64,000 nt of DNA. It comes from Octopus sinensis. Lineage: Eukaryota. The stretch covers positions 90,954,001 to 91,018,000 of the forward strand of contig NC_042999.1 of assembly GCF_006345805.1 (NCBI RefSeq), read 5' to 3'. How positions within the stretch are numbered: the first letter of the stretch is position 1; the number at the start of each line of letters is the position of its first letter. The position numbers and the translations under genes are program-made. The notes below the pieces were generated by a model. That model was not told the DNA's origin, made no database searches, and saw nothing but the letters and a program-made list of their open reading frames with translations. This document shows positions 13,485-27,075 of the stretch, piece by piece.

Positions 13485-14220
13485 AAGAGAAATAGTTTAT
13501 CACATCGACCCCAGTGCTCAACTGGTAATTAACGTATCAGCCATGAAACGATGAACAGCAAAGTCGAATACTGCGGATTTTGAACTCAGAAGAGATATAG
13601 CTATGCAGTTTTACTAACTCGCTAAAGTTTCTGGCAATTCGTTGCTCTTCATCAGCTCGCCACATTTAACCGTTCATCCTTTCTGGGTCGTAAATTAAGT
13701 ATCAGTGACCCACTGGAATTGATGTAATCACCTTCTCTCCGCCCGCAAAATTCAGGACTTGTGCCTACAGTAGAGAGGATTATTATTAGTATTAAGGCGG
13801 CAAGTTGAGAAAATCGTTTGCACGCCGGGCGGAATGCTTAGCGGTATTTCGTCTGCCGCTACGTTCTGAATTCAAATTCCACCGAGGTCGATTTTGCCAT
13901 TCATCCTTTCGACATCGATAAATTAATTACCAGTGAACCACTTGGGTCAATATAATCGACTAGTCCTCTCCTCACAAATTGCAAGGCCTTGTGCCTCCAG
14001 TAGAAAGGATTATTAAGGCGGCAAGCTGCCAGAATCTTTAGCACGCCGGGAAAAATACTTAGTGGCATTTCATTCGTCGTTATGTTCTGAGTTCAAATTC
14101 CCTCAGGGTCGACTTTACTGTTCATCATTTTAGTGTCGATAAAATTAGTACCAGTTGAGCACTGGGGTCAATGTAATCGACTGTCGCCCTTCCCCAAATG
14201 TCTGGCCTTGGATTATTATT
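13485..14220 (+). mobile_element. Cluster of group-B tRNA SINEs (Meta-domain-like): one minus partial (13485-13592) and three head-to-tail plus copies (13650-13790 partial, 13795-14014, 14015-14220)
   Basis: Repeated aggcggc(a/g)ag...ttagcacgccggg...gtcga(c/t)ttt...tcatcctttc...gtcgataaa(t)ta..taccag...gtagaaaggattatt. Confidence 0.85.
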
Positions 14221-14224
14221 GCCC

Positions 14225-14392
14225 AGGTGGCAAGTAAAGGAAATTTTAGTTCTATATTTAAGAGATGGAAAATTATGTACATTATTTACATTTGACGGAT
14301 ATTTGTCCTCAACTTGTTTGTTGTTAACACAACATTTCGACTGAGATTACCCTCCAGCCTTCATCAGGTGTCTTGGGGAAATTTCGAACCTA
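14225..14392 (-). mobile_element. Penelope-like terminal fragment carrying a minimal hammerhead motif
   Basis: Minus strand: ...ccccaagacacCTGATGAaggctggagggtaatctcagtcGAAAtgttgtgtt... Confidence 0.6.
14326..14372 (-). ncRNA. Degenerate minimal type I hammerhead ribozyme
   Basis: Stem I GACAC/GUGUU; core CUGAUGA plus an extra A; stem II GGCUG/CAGUC; GAAA-UG-U-U. The ACGU palindrome reads AUGU, consistent with CpG decay. Confidence 0.55.
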
Positions 14393-14399
14393 TCCATTT

Positions 14400-14776
14400 A
14401 AATGTATGTGTTGTATTAATAATAAAACTATATCTGGTTTCCTATTTTCCATCTCGTGATCGCACTGAGTCATAAAATCCCATAGGATCTTTGCATTATC
14501 ATTTTCGATGATGGCTTCGGGTTTGTGATCGTAACAACTTTTTCCTTTATCAAGTCGATACTTGTTGCAAAGTGTCCAATGGACAAGCCTTTCTATATTG
14601 TCGTGACGTCTCTTATATTCCTTCTGGGCTATTCTGTCTGTGTCACGTTTTGGGTTGAGTGACCCATATCTAGTTAGCAACTTACCACTGCTCCTCAGTT
14701 TGTTTCTGCCCGTTCTTTTTTGCAGTTTTCTTGATCCGTTTGGCTTGTTTTGTGGCAGTGGTTTCAGGTCCTTCAT
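14400..14776 (-). mobile_element. R4/Dong-clade LINE fragment (post-RT region up to start of RLE)
   Basis: AQKEYKRRHDNIERLVHWTLCNKY...YDHKPEAIIENDNAKILWDFMTQCDHEMENRKPDIV is the R4/Dong RRHD...ILWD...RPDIV signature. Confidence 0.85.
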
Positions 14777-14789
14777 CTAACTCCGGTTT

Positions 14790-14831
14790 AATATAATAAT
14801 AATAGTAATAATGATGATGATGATGATGATG

Positions 14832-14871
<40 letters not shown>

Positions 14872-14932
14872 GGATAATAATAATAATGTTAATAATAATA
14901 GTAATAATAATAATAATTATTATAATTATTGA
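14790..14932. repeat. (TAA)n/(TGA)n trinucleotide repeat
   Basis: Direct reading. Confidence 0.95.
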
Positions 14933-15332
14933 TTGAGAGGGCTATGCATGCTATCAAAGTGATACTGGAGTAAAATATACGAAGACCAGTATACCCACCA
15001 TGACTACCCGTCTGATAAGGGTAACAATACACTCGTATGTGCGCAACATGGTGATCTCATATCAAGCGCATGACCATGATCTCATAAACAGCGCAGACCA
15101 TGCAGGTGGGGCCCAGTTAGAATTTTCTTCAGATAGAGTAGCCTTTGCCGCTCAAAAGGTCTCTGAATAAGGGTTGTTTAAGGATGCTGAACGAAACATT
15201 CATGTTTCCAAAGGTGAATTATCCAAACCCCAAGGAATTCCTTTCAACGCATTGCTATGATGCTCACCCCCACTACTTCTGCTTATGATCAGAGATACAC
15301 CATCAAGAGACATGCTGCCTGGTAATGCATTA
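14933..15332. repeat. Probable interspersed repeat, family unassigned
   Basis: GC-richer block sandwiched between two trinucleotide tracts; no second copy in the window. Confidence 0.3.
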
Positions 15333-15337
15333 GGACA

Positions 15338-15393
15338 TTTATTATTATTATTATCATCATCATCATCATCATCATCATTATTATTATTATTAC

Positions 15394-15451
<58 letters not shown>

Positions 15452-15465
15452 ATTATTATTATTTT
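15338..15465. repeat. (ATT)n/(ATC)n trinucleotide repeat (tail of adjacent LINE)
   Basis: Direct reading. Confidence 0.95.
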
Positions 15466-15865
15466 CTCTTTATCACAGTTTTCGTTGGAGCTCCTGGAGT
15501 CTTGCATGCGTAGCGGGCCTACTACTTGCAGCCTACGGTACCAGGCTATTCGTTCTTTTCGGCTATTTCATATTTTCTTGATTATTCTAGCCGTACCAAG
15601 GAGACACACCTTTTGTAATAGTTCCACTGGGCACTCTATTCTAATTTCCTTTATATTCCTCCTCATGCCTTCTGATATAGTTCCCAATGACCTAACAAAA
15701 ATTGTCACCTTCTTCATTTTCCATAGCCAGGCTATTCCGTAATTAAGAGTGTTGTATCTATTCATTTTTTCGGCTTCCTTCTTATCTATTCGTGGATCAA
15801 ACGGACATGTAACGTCAAATATATAGCATATGTGGTTCACCTTGTCGATCACCACTACGTCCGGT
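15466..15865 (-). mobile_element. R4/Dong-clade LINE 3' end (RLE C-terminal half and 3' UTR)
   Basis: PDVVVIDKVNHICYIFDVTCPFDPRIDKKEAEKMNRYNTL...LWKMKKVT...SLGTI...ELLQKVCLLGTARIIKKI, followed by a (TAA)n tail on the minus strand. Confidence 0.85.
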
Positions 15866-17039
15866 ATTATTATTATTATTATTACTATTGATGTTGTTGT
15901 TGTTGTTGTTGTTATTCTTGTTGTTGCTATTATTAATTCTTTTGCATGTAGATTGTCATCCTCTGTGCGGTCAGTTCGATTCACTTCTTATCTATTCTAG
16001 TATGTTAAACAACATTGCGTATCTATGGTTTCTGAAACACCAGTTAATATTTTTCATCGGGTGTTCTATATGATACACGTCAAAGAGTTTCTTTAGTAAA
16101 TATTAACAGTTCTTCCATATATCATTATTATTTTCCTCATTATATATCATTATTATTATGTTAAAACTCTGAAATGGCAGAGTTTGACAATCGGCTTTTA
16201 GCTTATACTATCTTGATGTCTTGGAACTGGTTCATTAGAAATACACTTAACTTTAACATATCAACAGAAAATGTTTAAATAAATCGTTAATTCGATTAAT
16301 CTTCTTCTATACACTGAAGCTACTTACAATATATATGATATAGAAGACACCATGTGGCTCAAAGACTAAACAGAATAAATGCATACATCTGCATATACAG
16401 TCTAAGACTATGATTAATATGATTATCTTGAAGCATATTGATTTTTTGAAAGGTTGGTGACGTTTGCTTTTGGGAAGCATATGTTTCTCATATGATTGCA
16501 TGCTATATTCTTCGATTGTCAGCAGTTTTGTGGCAGGTGGTTGCGCTATGTAAAATTGCAAAATATAATGACTGAATAATCGTTGCCAATTAAGAACTAA
16601 GTCAGAAATCTCTCTATTTTTATTTATTTAGACAGAATAGCCAGTACTATATCAATGAAAAGATAACATTCTACCGAATAGGTAAACAGTTTTATGCAGA
16701 CATTTAAAAAATCAATTCAAGATCTTTCAACTTTTTCTGTAATAGAAAATACTTTTATCAGACGTAACTATATACAAATTCAATTATTTGATCTACCTAA
16801 TAATATGGTTGACGTCCTTCTCCAATAGACGAGTTTTACTGACCTCAAAGTAAGAAAAATAAGCTTAAACTTAATTGGAAAAGAAAGATATAAAAATGTA
16901 ATTTAATATAGTATATCAAGTGATATCTATAATACATGCATAAATACACACACTAGTATCATACAAGATAAAGAAACTTAGGTAAAACACAAGCATACAA
17001 ATACTTAGTATCCAGTAACAGTATATAATAAACACACGG

Positions 17040-17910
17040 GAATGGAATTCTTTTCAAGGAATATTATAGGCCTAATATATTAATACTTTAAAAAATACTC
17101 TGTTAAAAAATGAAGGCTACAGTTATCAATGCTATAGCTGTCTCAGTAATAAGAGAGTTTTAATATATATTCCAAACTGGACGTTAAACGAACTAGTTAG
17201 ATAAGACATGGAGATTATAAGAATATACTATCCCAAATCTGACACTGAAAAATCTTACTTACCATGTATATAAGGTGGCAGGGGATTTATATCACTAGAA
17301 AACTATAATAAGATATCTACTAACATCGGCTATAAGACTACAAACATATCTAGTGTAGAATAATCGAAACTTAATACAAATATCTACGAAACATGAGCGA
17401 TACAAAGAACAGCTGTTTGTATTCAGGATAGTCAACATACACAAAAGGAAAAAAAAGTCGCCAGAATAGAAGGCTTCGAATGTAACGAAGTATAAGCTTT
17501 AGAAATCGTGGAATTGATAAAACCTAAACTAAAATTTGGACTACAGAATGCTATGAATGACAATTACCAGAAAGTTTCCTACATGGAAAGACTGGAATGA
17601 ATGGGGAAAAAAAACAAAGAAAAATTTTAGCACTAAATTAGATATATATTAGTCCAAAAAAAGGATATTGTATCTGTAAAAGAAATGTAGAAATTACGTA
17701 AGTGTAAAGTTCTGGAAAAAGATACAACACATATGTGAGATCTGAAAGCAAAAGGTATCTCTGTAATAATAGGTGTTTTGGGAATGATTTAAAAACCATG
17801 GAAGCAAATACATATCCGACATCCCGGAATTACAAATATGTATGGCATTCAGAAAATAGGTCCACTAAGTGTTGTACACATACTACAAAGAACACTTTCT
17901 GTATCATGAA
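17040..17910 (+). mobile_element. Degraded, internally deleted R4/Dong-clade LINE
   Basis: YYPKSDTEKSYLPCI*GGRGF (~HPKSDVDRLYLPRKEGGRGL) near 17225-17290, and IIGVLGMI...ISDIPGITNMYGIQKIGPLSVVHILQRTLS (RLE end) near 17765-17905. Confidence 0.7.
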
Positions 17911-18344
17911 AATAACAAAACGAAAGCCATTCAGTGCATCTAGTCAACGCACTCGCACGCAAAGTTAATCCTGTAGTGCAGTAAAGGAGCTTAATAACAA
18001 TAATAATACATTTATACAATTAAATAATATTAAATATAATTTTCCTTTTCTCTTCTTTTACGTTCCACGATATATTTTTCTTATTTCAGGTATTTAAATA
18101 AATGTTTCTCTATCTCCACTAAGCCCAAGGAAGAAAATGATATCTAAGCGTTTAAGTCGCAATAATGATTAATCCATTCAAATGTTTTTTCGTGTTTTCG
18201 GTTTCCATTTTAATTTACCCCCTGTCTCATTTCCAAGCTTTTACAACTCACCACTTACTTTTGTGATACACTTTCTTTTTAAATATAAAGTTTCTTCTCT
18301 AATTTTTCAGTCATCTCTCTCCTTCTCTCCTTCTCCCCCTCTCT

Positions 18345-18350
18345 GTGTGT

Positions 18351-18428
<78 letters not shown>

Positions 18429-18460
18429 TATAAGCATGTATATGTACACACACACACACA
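18345..18460. repeat. (TA)n/(CA)n microsatellite
   Basis: Direct reading. Confidence 0.97.
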
Positions 18461-20089
18461 AGCAGATACATATGCAAACACACCTGCATCTATAAATGTA
18501 CAAATGAATGAATGTATGATTTATATGATGTGAATCGCTATCGAATGAGAAGGTCTCTACATACTGGGAGAAGATAGAAGTATGTAAACAAATCTTATAT
18601 TTAATAATAATTGAGAATCTTAACTGCTGTTATAAATATTATGATATGCATTAAAATTTCCTTTGTAATTCGATTTCAAATCTGTAAACTATTACACATT
18701 TGGACGAGCTGCTTCTACGTCTTTATTTCTTTATTTTACAGAATATTATCTGAAATGAAAAACTGTTAAAAAAAAAACAGACATAGAAAATCTCCAGGAT
18801 ATTAAATATCATTCGGAAAAGGTTTATGATTAGAACAGAAAATGAATGCTATGTAATTCAAACTGATGCTTAGGCCATCCGTTCTCAAACTTTTTAATTT
18901 ATTTACATACTGAAGATCAAATATAATGGCTGACCTACATCGGATTGCAAGCTTTAAAAAAGGTATTTTAGAGTTTCAAATTTAAATAACAATATAGGAA
19001 ATGATTGCATATCTTATTTTATTAATTGTGCATGTATGAAATATGCGCTTGAAGTTCATTAGCGATTTAGTCAATGATAGATCTTATCTGCTATATACGA
19101 ACTCTCATTTCTGCCCTTAATGTGTTGTAGAGTTTCTCTCTTTTTAGAATTTAATTTGGGTAGCAGGGAAGCAAATTCTAATTTACATAAATATGATTTT
19201 TAAATCAAATGCACGTAGACAAAGTTATTTTAGCTAACCGAAAATATTCTTATCTTCTAAAAACCCATACGTTTTGAAAAAGCAGCTTCTTATTTCATCC
19301 CACAGTGATTGAAAAGATGGGTCAATTCTTCAGATAATTCGAACAAAACCAGCTGCAATTTTTATGAAAAGGTTTCAAGTTATATAATATTGTCTTATGT
19401 TTATTGGTGTAAGATAAAAGATTAATTTTTTTTCTAATGCTATCAAATCATCAACTATATTAGAAATCATTTCCTTTACATGAAGTCTATTTATTAAAGA
19501 AAACATTTCGAGATTACCTTTCTAAATCACAGTTTATTTCCTGAAGTACTCCTAATTTATTTGCAGATTTGTGAATATTTTAATTTTCAACATATCTCGT
19601 TTTGAGTATTAAGATACTGACTATGCATATCAAATGTTTCAGGCTAAAAAGGAAAAAAATGCATTGAAAATATTCAAAAGTTTGTTGTGTATTAATTCTA
19701 GAATTATCTAAGTGACTTTTTTCGGAGGTTATGATGAAGAATTTGCACCATACTTCTCAACTGTCTGAAGTTTGTGTATAAATATCTGGGTGTTGCGAAA
19801 GCACGGCCATGCAAATTTTATTAAACTTTGGTTATTGCCTTTAATAAAATTATTTCGACAACCTAATTTCAAAACTTGTTTTAATTCAAATTTCATTGTT
19901 TTCGTAATCAATGTGTCACTTATCACGATATGATTTTCTATAACTCCAGACAATTCCCAAACACGCGTGTAAAAAGTGTCAAAAAAATAATTGACTCTGA
20001 CAAAATAACAGACGTAACATTTTGAGAAAATTTTTCAGATATGTCATAAAAAGCAAATTCAGCGATTTTATCATATGAATACTTACAAA

Positions 20090-20168
20090 TATACATATAT
20101 ACACACATGCACACACACAAACACACGCGTGCATACGCGTGCATACACACACACACACACACACACAC

Positions 20169-20215
<47 letters not shown>

Positions 20216-20280
20216 GGAGAGAGAGAAAGAGAGAGAGATACATAGACATATATACAGACACTCAAACTTTACGGTGCTAT

Positions 20281-20343
<63 letters not shown>

Positions 20344-20683
20344 AAGAAAATCTTAAGATTCTTAAAAGATTTCTGTTGAACATATAAATCTGTTAAGGAA
20401 TTTCTTGGATGATATCCATCGAAATCTAGACCGCTCCTCAGATAAACAACTTCGAAAATGGCATTTTTATTTATCCACATCATGGCTGTCAAAACTTCCA
20501 ATTATTATTCCAACTGTTGTGTGTGTCCATAATTGATTTTCGAAAATCATGTAAACCGAGCCAAAATCCATACAAGTAGAGAACATGTAAACAAAACGCC
20601 TTGATAATCACAACCGTCTATGCCAACAACAATGCCAACAACCTTACTCGATACTCCAAATATATACATGCATACACAAATTC

Positions 20684-20748
<65 letters not shown>

Positions 20749-20798
20749 TATATATATATACATATATATATATGTGTGTATGTATATATATATTATAT

Positions 20799-20882
<84 letters not shown>

Positions 20883-20900
20883 TATATATATATATATATG
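20090..20900. repeat. Compound (CA)n/(TA)n/(GA)n microsatellites (20090-20340, 20680-20900)
   Basis: Direct reading. Confidence 0.95.
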
Positions 20901-21549
20901 TTCATATGCAAATGATAAGGCAGAGATGACTGAAATATATACAGCTTAAAAACAATGTGAAAACGTAATTTGAGAATTTCGCTTAAGATGTAGTAAGATA
21001 AAGCTATCTGTTTATTGGGAAGTAGGGAGTAAATTAAACATTTTCTTGATAAAGGTTATTGAACAAATAACTATGTTAACACATGAAATAAGAACGATTT
21101 GACAATCGATATCAATCACTATACAGCTGCTACTACTCTGATACCTGCAATGCACGTATAAATAAAATCATCCAAGTTATCTAGAAAAATAAGAAAACTA
21201 GAAAAAAAAATTAAAATGTACAACGTAAATTATAAAGTGTAAGATGGATAAAGTGTAAAGATGTGATATGGATAAGCGTGCGCCCACTTAAACTACATAT
21301 ATAAAGAAAAAGTCCGAAAACTTGCACGGAGGTGTACTTTAAACTTTTCATTGTATATAACACTGAGCAAATGTACTTTTAAACGAGCCAGTATTATTAA
21401 AGAAAATGTGCTTCTATACAAAAGGTTTCTTCGTAGAAGATGAATGTAAAAAATGTTATAAAGAGGATGTTTTCTAAGGAAAGGATATATCATTTGGTTA
21501 TATCATATGTGACATCAAAATAACTTTAATCACAAAGTGCATTATCACT

Positions 21550-22950
21550 GGTTATAATGAAGAGTAATACTATTCCAATATCTACATTAAAATGGACGCC
21601 ATAGATATTTATTTAATCTCTTGAGATGTTGGATATTTGTCGATATAACAAATGCAATTTTTAAAAGATGATGGCAGTTTACAGAAGTGGTACCACCAGT
21701 ATATTTAAAATACCTATTGATATCCCAAATTAGCTTGCCAGAGTAAGGATGTTTATTATAGCTGAGAAACAATTAATGGCTTACATATGATTCTGTCTTA
21801 ATCAAGATAGTAAAAGGGGAGGTTTAGGAATATGCCGAATTAATTTCAGCGTTGTTTGAACTAAAACAAAATACAAATAGGATATTGATAAAAAGACTGT
21901 GGTAGTAAAAGGCTTTTTCAGTGAGGCTTTTTTCTCTATTACCCACTCATTGTTCTGTAATCATTGCAATTGACAAAGGCGTCTGCTCCACTAGATTATG
22001 ATACTGAATGCTCAGAAATATATGATTGATCAGCTTCTTATTTACACCTGCAGAATCAACAATTGTCTCTGGAGTTATTCATCTTTGAATCTGTCAGTGT
22101 TTGGATATATTTTAGCACTAAATCAACAATCATGTCTTTTGCAATACAGAATACTTTACGACAGCACGAAACTTCAGTGGTATCTATCACTTCTTGGTGA
22201 TCTAAAGTCCTTCACTAGAAATATTTACAATACTGAGATTTCAGTTGGATTTAACAGAAACAGCGTGACTGGTATAGAAATGGGATTTAGTGAAAGGTAA
22301 TATTGATTATCGATGGCTGAATGCAAGAAAAAAATGTTTTCTGGTATAAATAAATAAATAAAGTTTATATAAACAGAATATCTCTGATTTTGTTCCATGA
22401 AATGAATATTACAAATAACTATCAATTGAGAAAAATGCATCCCTTATAGGTATCGTGAACAAAGACAGATTTATCAAAGTATATACGTTAGAATTTGAGA
22501 ATCATGGTAGTGGCAGCTTTTTCCTTACAACATGAAAATATCTGATTCATTTAGTGTTCGGGAGGTATTCAACCATTGCTAAGAGAGAAACTCCAATAAT
22601 AGTAAGTTCTCTTAGAATACAAAGCAGCCAAAGCACGATCAAAAGAGTGAAGGCGGGGTGGAAGCCACCGTTGAAATGCCTATTTTTCAAGTGATCTAAA
22701 ATTGTGTCACGGTTTCAATCATCGATTGAAGACACTTGATATCATCAATTCTTCTTCCTTACTCTGCAAATAACTTTCAAAGATCACGAGCATCATGTAA
22801 GGTTTCTCTATAATTGAAATTAATGTAACACTGAATCTCATTTCATTGACACAGGAATAGTACTTCCAGAAATAATTTTTAATTACAATATATGGCAGAG
22901 AACACAGACATAGTAACATGTCCACCAGTGCCCATAACCAAAAAAACAAA
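21550..22950 (-). mobile_element. Possible ancient L1-type ORF2 remnant
   Basis: Minus-strand echoes occur in the expected order: MRFSVTL (~WRFN), VNKKLINHI (~NIRRLLNII), SLTEKAFY (~SLDAEKAFD), with many stops. Confidence 0.35.
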
Positions 22951-23564
22951 AACAAAAGATTTATATCAATAATGCAGAATAAAAGGACCAAATACCTCTA
23001 ACTTAATTCGCATTAATCTTACATGTCATTCTCCAATTATGTTTTTATATTAAAAAAAAATTATACCTGGAATTATTTTTCCTTTAAATCGTACCTGCCT
23101 GTCAGAGTCGTTATAATTACGAACAGCAGCTAGTTAAACAAATTTAACTCAAAGATGTTCCTAGAATCATCAACAGACTTGTTATTAAATGTGGTCACAG
23201 CTGTTACTTGTCTAAACCTTCTATATTTTCTCGGGCTAATTGGTGCGTATTTTTAAAAAAAAATTGTTATTACTTCAAGCAGTAGTTTTCAATACAACTT
23301 CTATGTTAACAACTTGTGAAGAAATTGCATCGCACTGAATTATTTGATAAAAATCGAAAATAAAATCTAAAAGATAAATTCTAGATCAAATATGACCATA
23401 TTTGAGCGCAAAGATACCAGCTTGACATAATCCTCAATTTCCTTTTGACAAAGACGTCTTGGCCCCAAAATATCAGAATATAAGGTAAAGTGCAAACTGT
23501 TGTTTTGTCTTCTATTTTCGCTCCTTTAATTCCAATTTGCATTGTATTGACTTTTAAACTATAT

Positions 23565-23575
23565 ACTTATATATA

Positions 23576-23668
<93 letters not shown>

Positions 23669-23699
23669 ATATATATATATGTGTGTGTGTATATATATA

Positions 23700-23750
<51 letters not shown>

Positions 23751-23900
23751 GTGTGTGTGTGAGTGTGTGTGTGTATATACATATATATATATATATGTAT
23801 GTATATGTATATTTGTGTGTTTGTGTGTGTGTATGTATATATATGTATATGTATACAGACATACGCACGCACGCATACACACACACACATATATATATAC
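23565..23900. repeat. Compound (TA)n/(TG)n microsatellite
   Basis: Direct reading. Confidence 0.97.
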
Positions 23901-24242
23901 GACATCGTGGAATCAACATTATTCGAAATGTTTCCAAATTTTCATTAACAATAAATATTTAATTAACTTAATCTTAAAATAGTCCCTATATATATAGTTA
24001 GAAATTAAGTTAACATTACATGACATGGCAACGAAATTAAGTGGCATTATACAACATGGCAACGAGGTCTTTTCGAACAATTTTGATAGTCATCTACGAA
24101 CTGTATTATATTTGTCGTCACAGGTTGTCAGTATTTCTATTTATGGATATCACCAGCAATTTTCATACATATATGATATGTGTGTGTAAGTGTGTGTGTG
24201 TGTGCGTGCGTGTGTTTGTATTGTCTTTCATCTGTTTGAGTA

Positions 24243-24528
24243 ATTAGACTGCGCCACGCTGGGGTACCACCTTGAGGAATTCTTAGTTGAATGAATCGAC
24301 CTCAGGTACTTATCCTGTCGTTCCCTTTTTGTCGAACGGCTATGTTACGGGGATATAAACAAAGTAAAACCGGTTAGCAATCGGCAGACAAGCGGGTCTC
24401 TTTCAGTTTCTGTCTACCAAATCCACTCACAAGGCCTTGGTCGGCCCGAGGTTATAGTACAGGGCAGATCCCCATAGTGCCATGTAGTACGACTCAAACC
24501 GTAACCATGTGTTGGGAAGCTAGCTTCT
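24243..24528 (-). mobile_element. Group-A SINE, degraded
   Basis: Matches blocks of 8674-9082. Confidence 0.8.
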
Positions 24529-24689
24529 TTATTTCATAAAAATTTGCTATACAAGCATTACAAAGACGAGACAAACAAGGACAGACAAACGTAAAATGGT
24601 GAAGAAGCTGCTACATTTAAAAGTTCTTTGTTCTGAATGATAAGTTACGGTTAAAAATTATGATTAATATAACAGTAAAAATGTAAAAT

Positions 24690-25860
24690 TTCGATGATAT
24701 CACATTGCCACATGTAATTTATCTCCTGAAGGAAAGGCGCCCGACTACCAGTGTAGAACGCTTGCTTTTTTTCCGGGGCTCTACTTACTTGGTGCCAATC
24801 ACTCCCAGCTTTCTGGCCGCAAGCTTTCATCTTTTATCGAATCTCTCTCGTGACAGACACCTCTTCTCTTGTCTGATTTTACTGCTGAGGTTGTAACTAA
24901 AAAAGGTGACCAGCTCCTGGCCAGATACAAAGGTACCCGCCACTATTCCTTTCATACGCGTCTTCCATACTGTTTCTTTCAGTTTGGCTACTACGCAGAA
25001 AAATCAAGTCTTTCTCACCCTGTTAAGGAGAGGAGGCGTCACAATTTCGATGATAGACTCAGCCGATAGCTGTAATCTTTCCATCGATGACAACAGTTGT
25101 TTTGTGAAAGCTATCAGTCCCGTTAATTCCAGACATTCTACAAATGCGTGCAAAATGGTTTCCCTGTCCTGCCCGTACTACGAACAAGTCGGCGAGACGG
25201 TACTTCCGTGCTTGACAGTTTATCACGAACAGGTAACGCTGCACGGAAGCACTGCCAAGCGAGGGATTTCTGGTAATTATCCAGATACCTTGGTCCGAAA
25301 GCTTTCCTGAACAATTTGATCAACTGATTTTCATTGTAGCCCAGGGTCTCCCCAAAGTGTCTTCGGATATAATCTCCACTAACCCGCTATAAAAATCCGC
25401 GGGGGAACTCCCGTTCCCGGCATTGCTCGCCTGAGAGGGCAACTGAAGTGCCTGACGGCACTCCACTTGCAAGTCCGCCATCCTAGGCCTCTGCTTGATC
25501 CATGTACCAATGTCCGTTAAGGAAGTTAACTGCAGAAGACAGAACCGGACATGCGGTGACCACACCTGCTCTCCATCCAGGTAAAGCCAGAGGTGCCTCA
25601 AACTTAACGCGAATTTTCGCATCTTCAGCCAAGGCTTTCCTAGCCCACTCTTTAGCAACAGAAAGAGCGCTTCACAATCGGCTTTCCTCCCTTCCGCAAG
25701 AAGCGGAAACGGATTCTCTCCAACTTGTTCAGCCACAAATCGAGGCAGGGCACTACGGTCAGGCGGTAGGTGATTACTGATGTTACAAACATCTGCACTA
25801 CTTCCGCCATCCCTAGCAAGGATAACGCCCGCTCAGATCGTGTCTGACATGCAAATTATG
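24690..25860 (-). mobile_element. L1/Tx1-clade LINE 3' fragment (RT thumb, RNase-H-like region, CCHC), 5'-truncated
   Basis: ALSLLGMAEVVQMFVTSVITYRLTVVPC...GLGKPWL...RHLWLYLDGEQVWS...QKSLAWQCFRAALPVRDKL...GQDRETILHAFVEC; homologous to 44580-46008. Confidence 0.85.
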
Positions 25861-26439
25861 TCTCAGAGTATTCATAAACCAAGCAGTAAAAAGAAGCTAG
25901 AAGTTACTCATAATTCATGTTACCTGAGTTGTCGTGCTTGGTGAACTGTAGGAATGTTTGTGGTTGTTTTTAGAGGCCATTCATAACCAAATTATTAAGT
26001 TTGTTGAATATAGGTAATTGTTCCCAGTAGCCAATTAAAAGTAGGACAACTGTCCTTCTGTCGTAAAGAATCCTGATGGATTATACGTATTTGCTTGTAT
26101 GTGTGTGTTTGCATGTATGTGTGTCTGAATACATATGTGCATGCACACTGGAAATACTCACTCATATACTTATACATAACTATATATGTATATGCGTCTG
26201 TATATATACTGTTGTTAACGTTCTTGCATCTCTCTGTGTTGTATTCCCCCACTCTTCTGCCATCGTGGTAGTTGTTGTTATCGCTGTTGTTCTTGTTGAG
26301 AGAAAAAATATCAAATACAGTGTAATGCATACACAATGAACAAATATGCACACACCTATGATAAATATAAGACATAGAGATAGATATAAGAAATTATATA
26401 AAGAGCACGGACAGAAACAACATAGGAAGCGAACTCATA

Positions 26440-27014
26440 CACACACATACAATGTAACTTCACAGCCGGCCGCGACATTATCAATAACACGATCAACAAC
26501 AACAGCAACAACGATAAAAACAATGACAAAAACAACTACCAAGATTATATCAGCGTGGGCGAACACAAACACAGAGAGATACAGAAACGGTACCAACCGT
26601 CGGGTTCAAGGACAGCAGCGGCGGCAACAGAGTGGGGGACGGGGCTGACGAGAGCGGTATACTGATAGTAAGAACGATACACACACACAAACAGACGCAA
26701 ATGCATGTGCATATAAGGATGCACATCATAGAAGAACGCAATGAAATAATTGGAGCAGGAGCATACACGAAGACGGATAGTGTCGCTGAAGTAGTCACTG
26801 ATGAGCGACGAAAGATTTCCGGACAATAGACATGAGTGAGCATAAGAGCAGTAATAAATGAGTGATGGACGAATATACTGTGCGTGTGTTTATTTTTAAA
26901 AAAGAATGACCGTCTCCAAACAATATATTTCAACACACACTTTCACATCAGGAGTCTCGCAGCAACAAAGATATATAAACGTGTATATATACATACATAC
27001 ATATATATATTTAT

Positions 27015-27075
<61 letters not shown>

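Noticed and set aside
22151-22298. Exon-like plus-strand segment (cag|A ATA CTT...GAA AG|gtaat; ILYDSTKLQWYLS...GFSE)
   Set aside because: No recognisable protein family, and the opposite strand shows ordered L1-like motif echoes. It needs RNA-seq to be revived.
26795-26825. CTGATGA-gcgac-GAAA hammerhead-like core
   Set aside because: No stem I and no valid stem III/UH pairing.
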